64,000 nt of DNA. It comes from Patescibacteria group bacterium (GTDB lineage Bacteria; Patescibacteriota; Microgenomatia; UM-FILTER-40-11). The position numbers were made by a program, and so were the translations under genes. This document shows, piece after piece, positions 26,809 through 35,568 of the stretch (positions are counted from its first letter, which is position 1; the number at the start of each line of letters is the position of its first letter). The stretch lies in NCBI GenBank assembly GCA_035530075.1, contig DATKVM010000002.1, positions 103,348 to 167,347 of the forward strand, in the 5' to 3' direction. The notes beneath the pieces were generated by a model. That model worked only from the letters and a program-made list of their open reading frames with translations. It was not told where the DNA came from and ran no database searches.

Positions 26809-28300
26809 CTTTACCCGGGCTGGTGACCGCTATGTATTTGCCCCAGTCAGGATACCTTTTATTAAAAAGCTGCCACATCAGGTAAGTAATCTCGCGGTAA
26901 GAAAAATGGCCTTGAGGTTTAGTCCGAAGCTCGGCAATATATTGGAGTTCCCAAGGAGACATTTTCATTAAAAATCTTCTTCTCGTCGCTTGAGGGAGGA
27001 TATACTCGCCCACGCCCGGATATTTTTTTTCAATCTTTCGGTAGGTTTTCCAAACTTCTTCCATCGCTTTCTCATACACCCTTGCCATCCCCACCTCTTT
27101 TACTTCCTTTGGCATATCGTACCCATACTCCCCTGTCACCGGCTTTAAAATGTGAATACAGTTGCGGTGGCGATGCAAATCGCGAAAGCCGCCGACATCC
27201 ATGCAAATATCAAAAATGAGGGTGGCCGTGTCTGCTTCTCGTAAAACCTGATCATGCTCACCCCGAAGCTCAAACGCCAAACCAATCGCTTTCTTAATTA
27301 ATTTTTTATTGGCTTTTTTAATTGCCCGCAGTAACTGGCCGTAAGAATACGGCGTGGCTTTGTAAAACATCGTGGTCACCAAATCAATCTGTGGGTCAAC
27401 TCCCTCAAACATTTCTACGCCACGCTTGCCATCCGGCTCCCTGAGTCCCCTTAATTTTCCCACCAACGCCGCCATTTCCCCATACACATTCCTGGGATAA
27501 TCTTTCTTCTCCGCATATTTAACCAAAGTCGGCAAGGCAATATTTTTCCCGGCAATCGCCACTTTCAGCTCCGCTTTTTCCTCGGCCGAAAGCCAGTTCA
27601 TCCGCTCAATCTTCGCCAGAGACACATTAAACGCCTCTTTTTGGCAGATGGCTTTTTGCAATTCTTTCCCGATTTCCCGGCATTCCAGCAAAGGCGAGGA
27701 TAAAAACTTGGTGATTGTCCGCTCCCAAGTCCGGCCGGAAGCAAGGACACCCATTGATTTTGGTCCGGCGCAAGGAAGAAGATAGCGGCTGACATCATTG
27801 GCTCTGGCTCTTACCGTCCGAAGGTAAGCTTCATCATCCATCTCTTTAGGTTTTTCCGAAGCATACTTTTGGGAATAAAGTTCGGCCACCGCTTGAGTCA
27901 GTTGTGAATAAAGCCCAACCATTTCCCTCACGGTTTTCTGAAAAAGCGCTCGGGTTCTTTTATCTTTTTTTATTTCCGGCGGAAGAATAAAAACCGCCTT
28001 AGAATAATCAACATAACGGGTCGAGCGCGATTGGGCGTCAATCAACTGGTCATCAAGAAGAATATGTCGGGCGACCATGGAAATATTCTCAAAAATGACC
28101 ATTACATGAGCCAAATCGGCAATACTTGAGTGACCGTAATTGAAGTACATGGAGTTATAAAACTTCCCCGCCCCCTCTTCGGTCAACTCTAAAACCCAAT
28201 CTTGGTAGGACTTGTAAGTGGGCGTCCGGGAAAACTTGGCGGCGGCATAGCCCCCCGGTTCCGGCATGACCCCAAGAACCGAAAAAATCTTTCTTCTCAT
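26789..28300 (-). CDS. thyX: Flavin-dependent thymidylate synthase ThyX, long fused/pseudo-dimeric form
   Basis: The first half aligns to the ThyX core (GHSSIADLAHVMVIFENISMVARH...SRSTRY vs [29 protein letters not shown]...SGRYS) but has a degenerate RHR. The second half carries RDLHRHRNCIHI. At 503 aa it is about twice canonical ThyX length. The genomic context (dcd, tmk, glyA, folD) supports the call. Confidence 0.55.
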   Translation of the reverse strand: MRRKIFSVLGVMPEPGGYAAAKFSRTPTYKSYQDWVLELTEEGAGKFYNSMYFNYGHSSIADLAHVMVIFENISMVARHILLDDQLIDAQSRSTRYVDYSKAVFILPPEIKKDKRTRALFQKTVREMVGLYSQLTQAVAELYSQKYASEKPKEMDDEAYLRTVRARANDVSRYLLPCAGPKSMGVLASGRTWERTITKFLSSPLLECREIGKELQKAICQKEAFNVSLAKIERMNWLSAEEKAELKVAIAGKNIALPTLVKYAEKKDYPRNVYGEMAALVGKLRGLREPDGKRGVEMFEGVDPQIDLVTTMFYKATPYSYGQLLRAIKKANKKLIKKAIGLAFELRGEHDQVLREADTATLIFDICMDVGGFRDLHRHRNCIHILKPVTGEYGYDMPKEVKEVGMARVYEKAMEEVWKTYRKIEKKYPGVGEYILPQATRRRFLMKMSPWELQYIAELRTKPQGHFSYREITYLMWQLFNKRYPDWGKYIAVTSPGKVDFFKR

Positions 28301-28303
28301 CGC

Positions 28304-28945
28304 CTACGATAAATTAATTTTGAACCGGCGCTTTAATTCTTTTACCTTTCCTTCGCGAATCAATTTCGTCTCCTGCTGACTTTTTTCCCTAAATATCCCC
28401 ACCCGAGAACCATTTTCCGCGAAACGGCTTTTGTGGGGTTTGACATAATTATTCAGCTGATGGAAGACCAGTTGGCAAAAGCGCTCTCCTGGATAGATCC
28501 TGATGACTTGTGAAGGCGTATTATTTCTGATGGGGATAATCAGATTGCCTTTGTAACCAGCATCGACGATCCCGCTCAAATCAACCGAGAGTCCCCGCCG
28601 GTTAACCGAAGAGCGCGGATAGAGAATGCCCATTAGGTCAGCTGGCAGTGAAATTTTTTCCAAAGTATTAACCACGACAAACTCTCTAGGTAAAAGCTCA
28701 AAATGCTGGCCCACCTCTAGAGTCATTGTTTCAAAATGTTGCCTATCAACTCCAGAAAGATAATCGATATTCAAGACCGTCCGCCCTTTTTCCGTCATTT
28801 CCCAAGATTTGGGGATCATAAAGTCAAAGCCCAGGCGCAAATCAACTGAATGAGTTTGAATTTGAAATTCATCAAGAGAAGGATAAAAAGAAAGCTCATC
28901 CCGGCTAATCCTTTGTAAAATATCTTTCTTCGTCAAAACTGACAT
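28304..28945 (-). CDS. dcd: dCTP deaminase
   Basis: IQTHSVDLRLG and GIVDAGYKGNLIIPIRN (the dUTPase-superfamily GxxDxGYxG motif), plus CQLVF. Confidence 0.8.
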   Translation of the reverse strand: MSVLTKKDILQRISRDELSFYPSLDEFQIQTHSVDLRLGFDFMIPKSWEMTEKGRTVLNIDYLSGVDRQHFETMTLEVGQHFELLPREFVVVNTLEKISLPADLMGILYPRSSVNRRGLSVDLSGIVDAGYKGNLIIPIRNNTPSQVIRIYPGERFCQLVFHQLNNYVKPHKSRFAENGSRVGIFREKSQQETKLIREGKVKELKRRFKINLS

Positions 28946-29009
28946 ATTATTTTACCGAAGCAACCACCCCCCTGAAGGGCATGCTTTTCCCTGGCCATAG
29001 TTAGTTACT

Positions 29010-30254
29010 TTAGAGGATAAGAATTATCTTGTAAAGTGGCACTTTGAGGTTGTTTTTAACGATTTCCCTGTGGCTCCAGTACTCCTGGAAGCTGTGAGTT
29101 TGAGCCACTTTCACCACTTCCTCATCCAGGACAACTACAAATTTTTGGCCGGGACGCAAGTGCCGGAAATCAATCCCCTCTGCCTTCAGTCTTTCAACTA
29201 AAATTTTAGTAATGACATCGCTTAGTCTAACGCCATTTTCCTCATTAACCCAATTAGTGTAACCGCAAACAGTAAGCCAATTGGCCACTAGTTGCTCAGC
29301 CGATTTCCAAAACCAGCCCTTTTTGGGAATGACTACCTCAATTAATGTTTTCGGCTGGGTTTTTTCCTGGCTTAGTTTAGGGGTAACTACAACCACCGGC
29401 GGCGGGGTTTCAAACTCTCCCCCTTCTACCTCCGGTTTTATAACCTGTTCCGGAGCCGGAGTAGGATAAAGAGTTTGACTAATCGGGTTTTGGGTTAATT
29501 TCCTTTCTTCCTCCCTGGGAGAAGACGAAAGCAAAGCTTTCGTACCGGCAATAAGCGAACCCAAAACTAAAACGGCGCTGACACCATGGGCCAGTCGTTT
29601 ACGAAAGCTTTTCGCTTGGTTCCGCTTTTTCTCTTCCCCTGCTTCCCTCTGGACAACTGCCTGGGCTATTCCTTGGGCGATTACTAGCCCTTCAGGTGTT
29701 TGTCGCAACTGGTCCAGGCGGTGGATTTGCTTTGCTCGGGAACAAAGAGGTCCACCGTTAGCCGGCTGTCGATCAAAAACCCGACCGAAAATTCTCTTTA
29801 TCCAACCAGGTTTAGATGGGAGCCGGCTTTCTTCTTCGGCTTCTTCTTTTAGGGAAGTCGGCTTCTCAGAAGCTGCTGGAGACAAGGGTAATTGGGCGCT
29901 CTTAAGCTTGGCTATCTCTTCCTCCAGTTGAATAATCCTTTGGTCACGATCTTGGATTGCCTTACTCTCAGCTGAAATTTGGCCTTGTAGGGTTCTCGCC
30001 TCTTCCTCTCTCAGTGCCAATTCATTTTGTAGGGCTTGGTTTCGTGTCAAAAGAAATTCATTGGCCACTTTCAGCTCAATATCTATTACCGCTTCAATTG
30101 AATCCGAACCTACCTGCGCAAGCTTCTCCGCTAGCAACGAAAGATATTCCGGAGAAAGAGGAATGTCTCTTTCTCCGAGGAATAGGGGTTTCTCGGCTGA
30201 CATAAGAATAGAACCTTGCGTGACTGGGTTTAACATAACCCAAAAAAGAAGCAA
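29010..30254 (-). CDS. Bitopic coiled-coil membrane protein, paralog family B (shorter)
   Basis: N-terminal coiled coil, one TM segment (VSAVLVLGSLIAGTKALL), a Pro-rich linker and the family-defining GWFWKSAEQLVANWL...TNWVNEENGV...HLRPGQKFVV C-terminal domain. Confidence 0.5.
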   Translation of the reverse strand: MLLFWVMLNPVTQGSILMSAEKPLFLGERDIPLSPEYLSLLAEKLAQVGSDSIEAVIDIELKVANEFLLTRNQALQNELALREEEARTLQGQISAESKAIQDRDQRIIQLEEEIAKLKSAQLPLSPAASEKPTSLKEEAEEESRLPSKPGWIKRIFGRVFDRQPANGGPLCSRAKQIHRLDQLRQTPEGLVIAQGIAQAVVQREAGEEKKRNQAKSFRKRLAHGVSAVLVLGSLIAGTKALLSSSPREEERKLTQNPISQTLYPTPAPEQVIKPEVEGGEFETPPPVVVVTPKLSQEKTQPKTLIEVVIPKKGWFWKSAEQLVANWLTVCGYTNWVNEENGVRLSDVITKILVERLKAEGIDFRHLRPGQKFVVVLDEEVVKVAQTHSFQEYWSHREIVKNNLKVPLYKIILIL

Positions 30255-30310
30255 AAGTCAAGGAGAATTGTGATTTTACTTACCATGTGCTTGAGGTTTC
30301 CCGAAAGGGA

Positions 30311-30616
30311 CTAGCGAGGTGAAACTCTTTTAGCTAGAAATTCCTCAGTGGCCGTTGTTATCGTCTCCTCCAGCAAAGACTGAGGGCTCTTGCCGGTCCT
30401 TTGAGAATAGCGTTCCTTAATTTCAAAATCGGCTTCTTCCTGAACAGAGCATTTATTAATCACTTCCAGGTCCTCTTCAGTCAGAGCGGCGGCCATTTCC
30501 GTATAGAGCTTAGTGGTCGCGTTTTTCGTAATCTCTTCCAAAACCCTGTCAATCTCCTCCTCGCTTTGTCCTTCATTCTTTAGGGTTTGAATTAATGAAT
30601 CTAGTTTTAAATTCAT
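30311..30616 (-). CDS. Small acidic helical protein; paralog of the 7087..7407 product
   Basis: 101 aa (MNLKLDSLIQTLKNEGQSEEEIDRVLEEITK...LTEEDLEVINKCSVQEEA...). Same position downstream of a coiled-coil paralog. Confidence 0.55.
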   Translation of the reverse strand: MNLKLDSLIQTLKNEGQSEEEIDRVLEEITKNATTKLYTEMAAALTEEDLEVINKCSVQEEADFEIKERYSQRTGKSPQSLLEETITTATEEFLAKRVSPR

Positions 30617-30641
30617 TCTTGCTCTTTATTCAGCCGGCTAA

Positions 30642-32456
30642 CTATTTGTAAAATTCCTCGTAGATTGGCCGATAATCTTCCACCGAACCGCTCATATAAA
30701 TTCTCCAAAGCAAATCACGGTTTTCGTCATTAGTAACATAATCACGCATTCGAGTTATCCCCGGCGGAATCATTCCTAAATCACGATTTTCTTTTCTCGA
30801 TAACTTCCAGGCGGCATTAATAATCGCGTCCGCTTTAGAGGCACCCGTTTCTTCGTTGACCCAGACAATCTGCCCACTGTCCTCCATAACTTTCGTAAAT
30901 GGTTCTCTCGCCGAAGCCCAAAAATCGCTCCCTTCTTTAACCTTAATTTCCATGCCTAAAAGATCATCGAGGGTTTTAATTTTTACCTTTACCTCCGGTG
31001 AGGCAGCCACAGCCGCAGTTGTTTCCGCGGCCACCGGCTGAACGACACGGACTTCTCGGCTCATCCCTGAACCGCCTAAAACGGCGGCCAAGGCCAGGGC
31101 AGCTAAAAAGACCTGTGCTCGCGGCCGAAGCCTCAAGCGCTCTCCTAAACCTTGATTTCTTTCTTGTTCTTCGGCGTTATTCCCCCGACTCAGTCTCTCT
31201 CCCGGACTTAGTCTTTGCCACCAATTACTGACGGCCTGAGAGACTCTCTCCCTCCAAGTAGCTTTTACTGGAACTGCCTCCGCGTCTAAAAGCCGATCAA
31301 TTTCTCTTCTTCTGGCTTCTTTTTCCTCAGGAGTTTCTTCTTTCTCAATTCCTCGGCCGAAAACCTCTTTAATCGCCTGCTGTTTTAACTCCGCGGCCTT
31401 CGCTGCCTGAGCCGCCTTAATTTCCTGCTGTTTTTCATCTAAGGCTTTCAAGGCGGCCGTTCCTTCGGCCGTCAGAGGACCAACCCTGGCCACCGGTTCA
31501 ACTAGTGGTTGCGGTTGCTCTTCCCTGAGAGGTTGCTCTTCTGCCAGTCGGGCGCTTGGAGTCACTACTTCTCCTTTGGCAATTTTAATTAACTGCTCAA
31601 TCACTCGAGGATTTACTTCTGATTCTGCCTGAGCTTTTTCCCCCTCGGCCACTTTCGTTAACTTCTTCTCAATCTCTGCTAACCTTTTTTGTTCGGCGGC
31701 CAGCTCTTCCTCGAGATGAAGGCTTCCTCCTTTCCTAATCTGCTCCTCAAGTCCAGCGATGGTTGTTGCTGCTTCCGCTTTATTCGCTTCCAAAACCCCC
31801 CTCGTCTCTCGCGGCATTTCGGTCTCCGGCGGCCTTGCCTCGGTTCTCGGTCTCATTGCCGCTTTTAATTCTGGTGGCATCAAATCAGGAATCTGCTGGT
31901 TAACCTTCGCGAGCCAAGATATCTCCCTCCCTAGTTCTTTCCCTAGTGGGCCAGCATTAGCCATTCCCCCTTTTTCATCAATTTGCTCCCTTAACTCTTC
32001 TATTGCTCCCTCAATTTCTTTTTTAGTCGCTTCTAATTTGGGAGTCTCCTCAAAATATCTCTGCCATTGCCCAAGAGTTTGTAAACTCTCCTTTGTTGAA
32101 GAAACTCTTGCTTCTACCTCTCTCAGGCGGTTTTGTTCGGCATTCAGCTCTTCTGCTAAATGAGAACTGCCTCCTTTTCCCATCTGCTCCTTAATCCCTG
32201 CAATCGTTACTTCCGCTTCTACTTTATCTTCTCTCAAAGTTCTCCCCACTGGAGCAACTCCCTCAAAGCCCATTACTCCTTGCAAGCTTGCCCTTTCTGC
32301 TTCAATAATGGGCCGCCAAGGCTTTGTTCCCTTCTCGGCACTCTCAACCGAAAATTCCGCTGGATTCGTATCTCTTGATCCGCCTTCGTTTTCTCCCGGC
32401 ATTTTTCCCCTAGACAAACTCTCGCTTTGTAAATAGACCCCACAGAAGATTAACAT
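30642..32456 (-). CDS. Bitopic coiled-coil membrane protein, paralog family C, with a repeated KGGS(S/L)HL unit
   Basis: 604 aa with two EQ(M/I).KGGS.HL.EEL.AEQ.RL units and a block shared with 7416..9428 (LGQWQRYFEETPKLEATKKEIEGAIEELREQIDEKGGMANAGPL). WWQRLSP precedes the TM helix AQVFLAALALAAVLGG. The C-terminus has a FW...W.NEETG domain. The true start may be Met19 (MPGENEGG). Confidence 0.6.
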   Translation of the reverse strand: MLIFCGVYLQSESLSRGKMPGENEGGSRDTNPAEFSVESAEKGTKPWRPIIEAERASLQGVMGFEGVAPVGRTLREDKVEAEVTIAGIKEQMGKGGSSHLAEELNAEQNRLREVEARVSSTKESLQTLGQWQRYFEETPKLEATKKEIEGAIEELREQIDEKGGMANAGPLGKELGREISWLAKVNQQIPDLMPPELKAAMRPRTEARPPETEMPRETRGVLEANKAEAATTIAGLEEQIRKGGSLHLEEELAAEQKRLAEIEKKLTKVAEGEKAQAESEVNPRVIEQLIKIAKGEVVTPSARLAEEQPLREEQPQPLVEPVARVGPLTAEGTAALKALDEKQQEIKAAQAAKAAELKQQAIKEVFGRGIEKEETPEEKEARRREIDRLLDAEAVPVKATWRERVSQAVSNWWQRLSPGERLSRGNNAEEQERNQGLGERLRLRPRAQVFLAALALAAVLGGSGMSREVRVVQPVAAETTAAVAASPEVKVKIKTLDDLLGMEIKVKEGSDFWASAREPFTKVMEDSGQIVWVNEETGASKADAIINAAWKLSRKENRDLGMIPPGITRMRDYVTNDENRDLLWRIYMSGSVEDYRPIYEEFYK

Positions 32457-32509
32457 TGTGCTTCAGGACAAGTCAAGAGTCCTATTTTCCACGAGGTCAC
32501 TCAACCAAT

Positions 32510-33439
32510 TTACAGCCCGTAATTAGCCAAAGAAGTGGCCCCAATGCGAATGCGGGAAAAGCGATACGGCAAACCTAAACATTGAGGAGCTTGATTAGTG
32601 GTCACCGCTGCCCCTTGAAAACTGCCTTCTTTTAGCGCTTGCTCAACACTGGCGTTGATGCCACCATATGGATAGGCAAAGAAATGGACGGACCGGCCCA
32701 GGTGCTCCCGCAAGATATTATTGGCCGAAAAGATTTGATCTTTAATTTGAAAATCGGTCAGCTTCGTCAAATAAGGATGATTAAGAGTGTGATTGCCAGG
32801 CAAAACTAGGCCGCTGTCAACCATTTCCTTAATTTGGGCCCAGACCAAATAGCGCTCCCCGCCCACAAATTGAGAAATGACAAACAAAGTAGCCTTAATC
32901 CCCTTTTCCCGCAAGAGCGGATAAACATAGTCGTAAAAATCCCGATAGCCATCATCAAAGGTTAAGACCACCGGTTTAGTCGGCAAAGAATCGTTCCTTA
33001 TTCCCTCCACCATTTCGTCCAAACCAATAACGTGGTAACCCTTTTGCCAAAGATAGTCCATTTGGGCCCGGAAAACTGCCGGCGGCACATTAAGATAACT
33101 GGCGCCGATAGTAGCAGCGTCTTCGGCTTCCATAACGTGGTGGTACATCAGAACCGGAACGTATCGGCAAGGACCATATCTTTGGTTTACTGCCTCAAAT
33201 TGTCTTTTTCTTATGGCCGCGAGTTCCTCGAGGGTTAAGGTGGGAGTTGGGGTTGGTGGCAATAAGGTTGGTGTAGCCACTAGCGGGGAAGGAAAATGGC
33301 CCGTTTGGGGTGGTTGAGTGTCTATCAGTAGATAACTTTCTTTAGTCTTATCAAGCCAAAATTGAAAAAAAAGGCCAAAAATAACCGCGGCGGTTAAAAC
33401 CGCTAAAACAAAAATGAGAAGGCTCTTTTTCTTCACCAA
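32510..33439 (-). CDS. Polysaccharide deacetylase (CE4/NodB-homology), membrane-anchored
   Basis: N-terminal TM helix, PT-rich linker and the NodB motifs VLMYHHV and VVLTFDDGYRD. Confidence 0.75.
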   Translation of the reverse strand: MVKKKSLLIFVLAVLTAAVIFGLFFQFWLDKTKESYLLIDTQPPQTGHFPSPLVATPTLLPPTPTPTLTLEELAAIRKRQFEAVNQRYGPCRYVPVLMYHHVMEAEDAATIGASYLNVPPAVFRAQMDYLWQKGYHVIGLDEMVEGIRNDSLPTKPVVLTFDDGYRDFYDYVYPLLREKGIKATLFVISQFVGGERYLVWAQIKEMVDSGLVLPGNHTLNHPYLTKLTDFQIKDQIFSANNILREHLGRSVHFFAYPYGGINASVEQALKEGSFQGAAVTTNQAPQCLGLPYRFSRIRIGATSLANYGL

Positions 33440-33448
33440 TTTATCTTA

Positions 33449-35488
33449 CTACTTTGAGGCAGGCTTTCGCCAAGAAGCAAAATCGCACTTCGGCCAGTTA
33501 GCGCAACCATAAAAACCCTTGCCCTTCTTGGTTTTTTTATAGACAATTTCACCGCCACATTTAGGACACTGCATTCCCTCAATCTTTTTGACATAAGGCG
33601 CTCGCCAGTCACATTCCGGAAAACGGCTGCAGGATAAAAATTTACCAAAGCGACCAATTCGGATAACCACCGACCCCGTTTTGCATTTCGGACAAGCTTC
33701 CCCCGTCGCTTCCACCTGGACGGCCACTCGCTGGGCGACCCGTTTAACCCCTTCCAGCTTCTCCGCAAAAGGCTTCCAAAACTCTCGTAAAACTGGAACT
33801 CTTTCTTTTTGGCCATTGGCAATTTCGTCCAAATTGTCTTCCATTTTAGCCGTAAATTGATAATCCAAGATGTCCGGAAAATATTCCAGCAAAAATTCGG
33901 TGACGGCTACCCCCAAGGCCGTGGGGACAAACTGACGGTCTTGTTTTTCAACATAATTCCTATCCTGAATAGTGGAAATCGTCGGCGCATAAGTAGAAGG
34001 TCGACCAATACCCAACTCTTCCAAAGTTTTAATAAGGGAGGCTTCATTAAAACGCGGCGGGGGTTGAGTGAACTTCTGTTCCGGTTTAACCTCTAAAAGT
34101 TTAAGCTCATCCCCGGCAAAAACTGCCGGCAAACTTTCGATTTTATTCCCCTCTTCGTCCGTTTCTTCCGTCTTGCCGTAAACTTTACGCCAACCGTCAA
34201 ACTTTTCCTGGGCTCCTTTAGTTTCCAGTTGATAAATATTTTTCCCGCCGTCCGCCTGGATAGTCAGAGTCGTAATTTCCGCTATTGATTGGGCCATTTG
34301 GCAAGCAACAAACCGCTTCCAAATTAAGTCATATAACTTCTCTCCATCGGCACCCATTTTGAACTTTGAACTTTGAACTTTGAACTGGACGTCCGTAGGA
34401 CGGACGGCTTCGTGGGCCTCTTGAGCTGATTTGCTTTTGGTGGCAAAAAAACGGGGCTTTTCGGGCAAATAATTTTCCCCATAAGTCTTTTTAATAAAAT
34501 TGCGGACGCTATTAACTGCCTCCATCGCTAAGTTAGTCGAGTCGGTCCGGTGATAAGTGATTAAACCGTTCTCATAAAGACCCTGAGCAACATTCATCGT
34601 TTTTCTAGATGACCAACCCAAACGGTTCGCAGCCGCTTGCTGTAAAGTCGAAGTCGTAAAGGGAGCGGTGGGATTCCTTTTAAATTCCTTTTGGTCAACC
34701 GAGGCAACTTCATATCCCGCTTTCTTAAGTTCGCCAACGATTTCCTCGGCGGCTACTCCGTCTTTAATTTCAATTTTCTCGCCATTTTTTCTAACCAGTT
34801 TGGCCAAAAATCGAGGAGCATCGGCCAAGTCACTGCCAACCAACTTTTGAAGCAGCGTTTCAATTTCCCAAAACTCCACTGGAGCAAATTTCTCAATCTC
34901 TTTTTCGCGTTCAACAATTAAACGCACCACGACTGATTGAACTCGACCGGCCGAAAGACCACGGCGAATTTTTTGCCATAAAAGTGGGGAGAGTTTATAA
35001 CCGACCAGCCGGTCCAAAACCCGCCGGGCGACTTGAGCTTCGACTAAGGCCATATTAACCGTCCCCGCTTTTTCTAAAGCGGTTTCGATGGCTGTCTGTG
35101 TAATCTCATGGAAGGTGATACGGGAGATTGGGATATTAGGAGATTGGGATATTAAGCCATTTTTTTGTTTCTTTGCCCTTAAGATCTTCGTATCTTTTTC
35201 TCTCAATATCTCCCCGACATGCCAGGCAATCGCCTCACCCTCCCGATCCGGGTCGGTCGCCAAATAAACCTTCTCCGCTTTTTGGGCGGCTTTTTTAAGC
35301 TTAGCAATGTCTTCCTGTTTCCCCTCCACGACGGTGTAATCCGGAGCAAAGGTTTCGACATCTACCCCCAGTTTTTTCTTCGGCAAATCTCGAATGTGGC
35401 CCATGGTTGCTTCAATTTGGAACTTTTTGTCTAAAAATCGACTAAGAGTTTTAGCCTTAGTGGGTGATTCAACGATAATTAAATCCAT
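33449..35488 (-). CDS. topA: DNA topoisomerase I
   Basis: Toprim domain (MDLIIVESPTKAKT...IRDLP), catalytic Tyr region (GLITYHRTDS) and two C-terminal C4 zinc ribbons (CPKCKTG..., CPKCGGE...). In-frame repeat inserts (ISQSPNIPIS; SSKFKVQSSKFK) are present. Confidence 0.9.
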   Translation of the reverse strand: MDLIIVESPTKAKTLSRFLDKKFQIEATMGHIRDLPKKKLGVDVETFAPDYTVVEGKQEDIAKLKKAAQKAEKVYLATDPDREGEAIAWHVGEILREKDTKILRAKKQKNGLISQSPNIPISRITFHEITQTAIETALEKAGTVNMALVEAQVARRVLDRLVGYKLSPLLWQKIRRGLSAGRVQSVVVRLIVEREKEIEKFAPVEFWEIETLLQKLVGSDLADAPRFLAKLVRKNGEKIEIKDGVAAEEIVGELKKAGYEVASVDQKEFKRNPTAPFTTSTLQQAAANRLGWSSRKTMNVAQGLYENGLITYHRTDSTNLAMEAVNSVRNFIKKTYGENYLPEKPRFFATKSKSAQEAHEAVRPTDVQFKVQSSKFKMGADGEKLYDLIWKRFVACQMAQSIAEITTLTIQADGGKNIYQLETKGAQEKFDGWRKVYGKTEETDEEGNKIESLPAVFAGDELKLLEVKPEQKFTQPPPRFNEASLIKTLEELGIGRPSTYAPTISTIQDRNYVEKQDRQFVPTALGVAVTEFLLEYFPDILDYQFTAKMEDNLDEIANGQKERVPVLREFWKPFAEKLEGVKRVAQRVAVQVEATGEACPKCKTGSVVIRIGRFGKFLSCSRFPECDWRAPYVKKIEGMQCPKCGGEIVYKKTKKGKGFYGCANWPKCDFASWRKPASK

Positions 35489-35568
35489 ACAATTTAAGAT
35501 TGTTTCATCAATTAGCCGAAAAATGCAACCGGTAATTTATTTGCTTACTACTCACTACTTACTACTTG

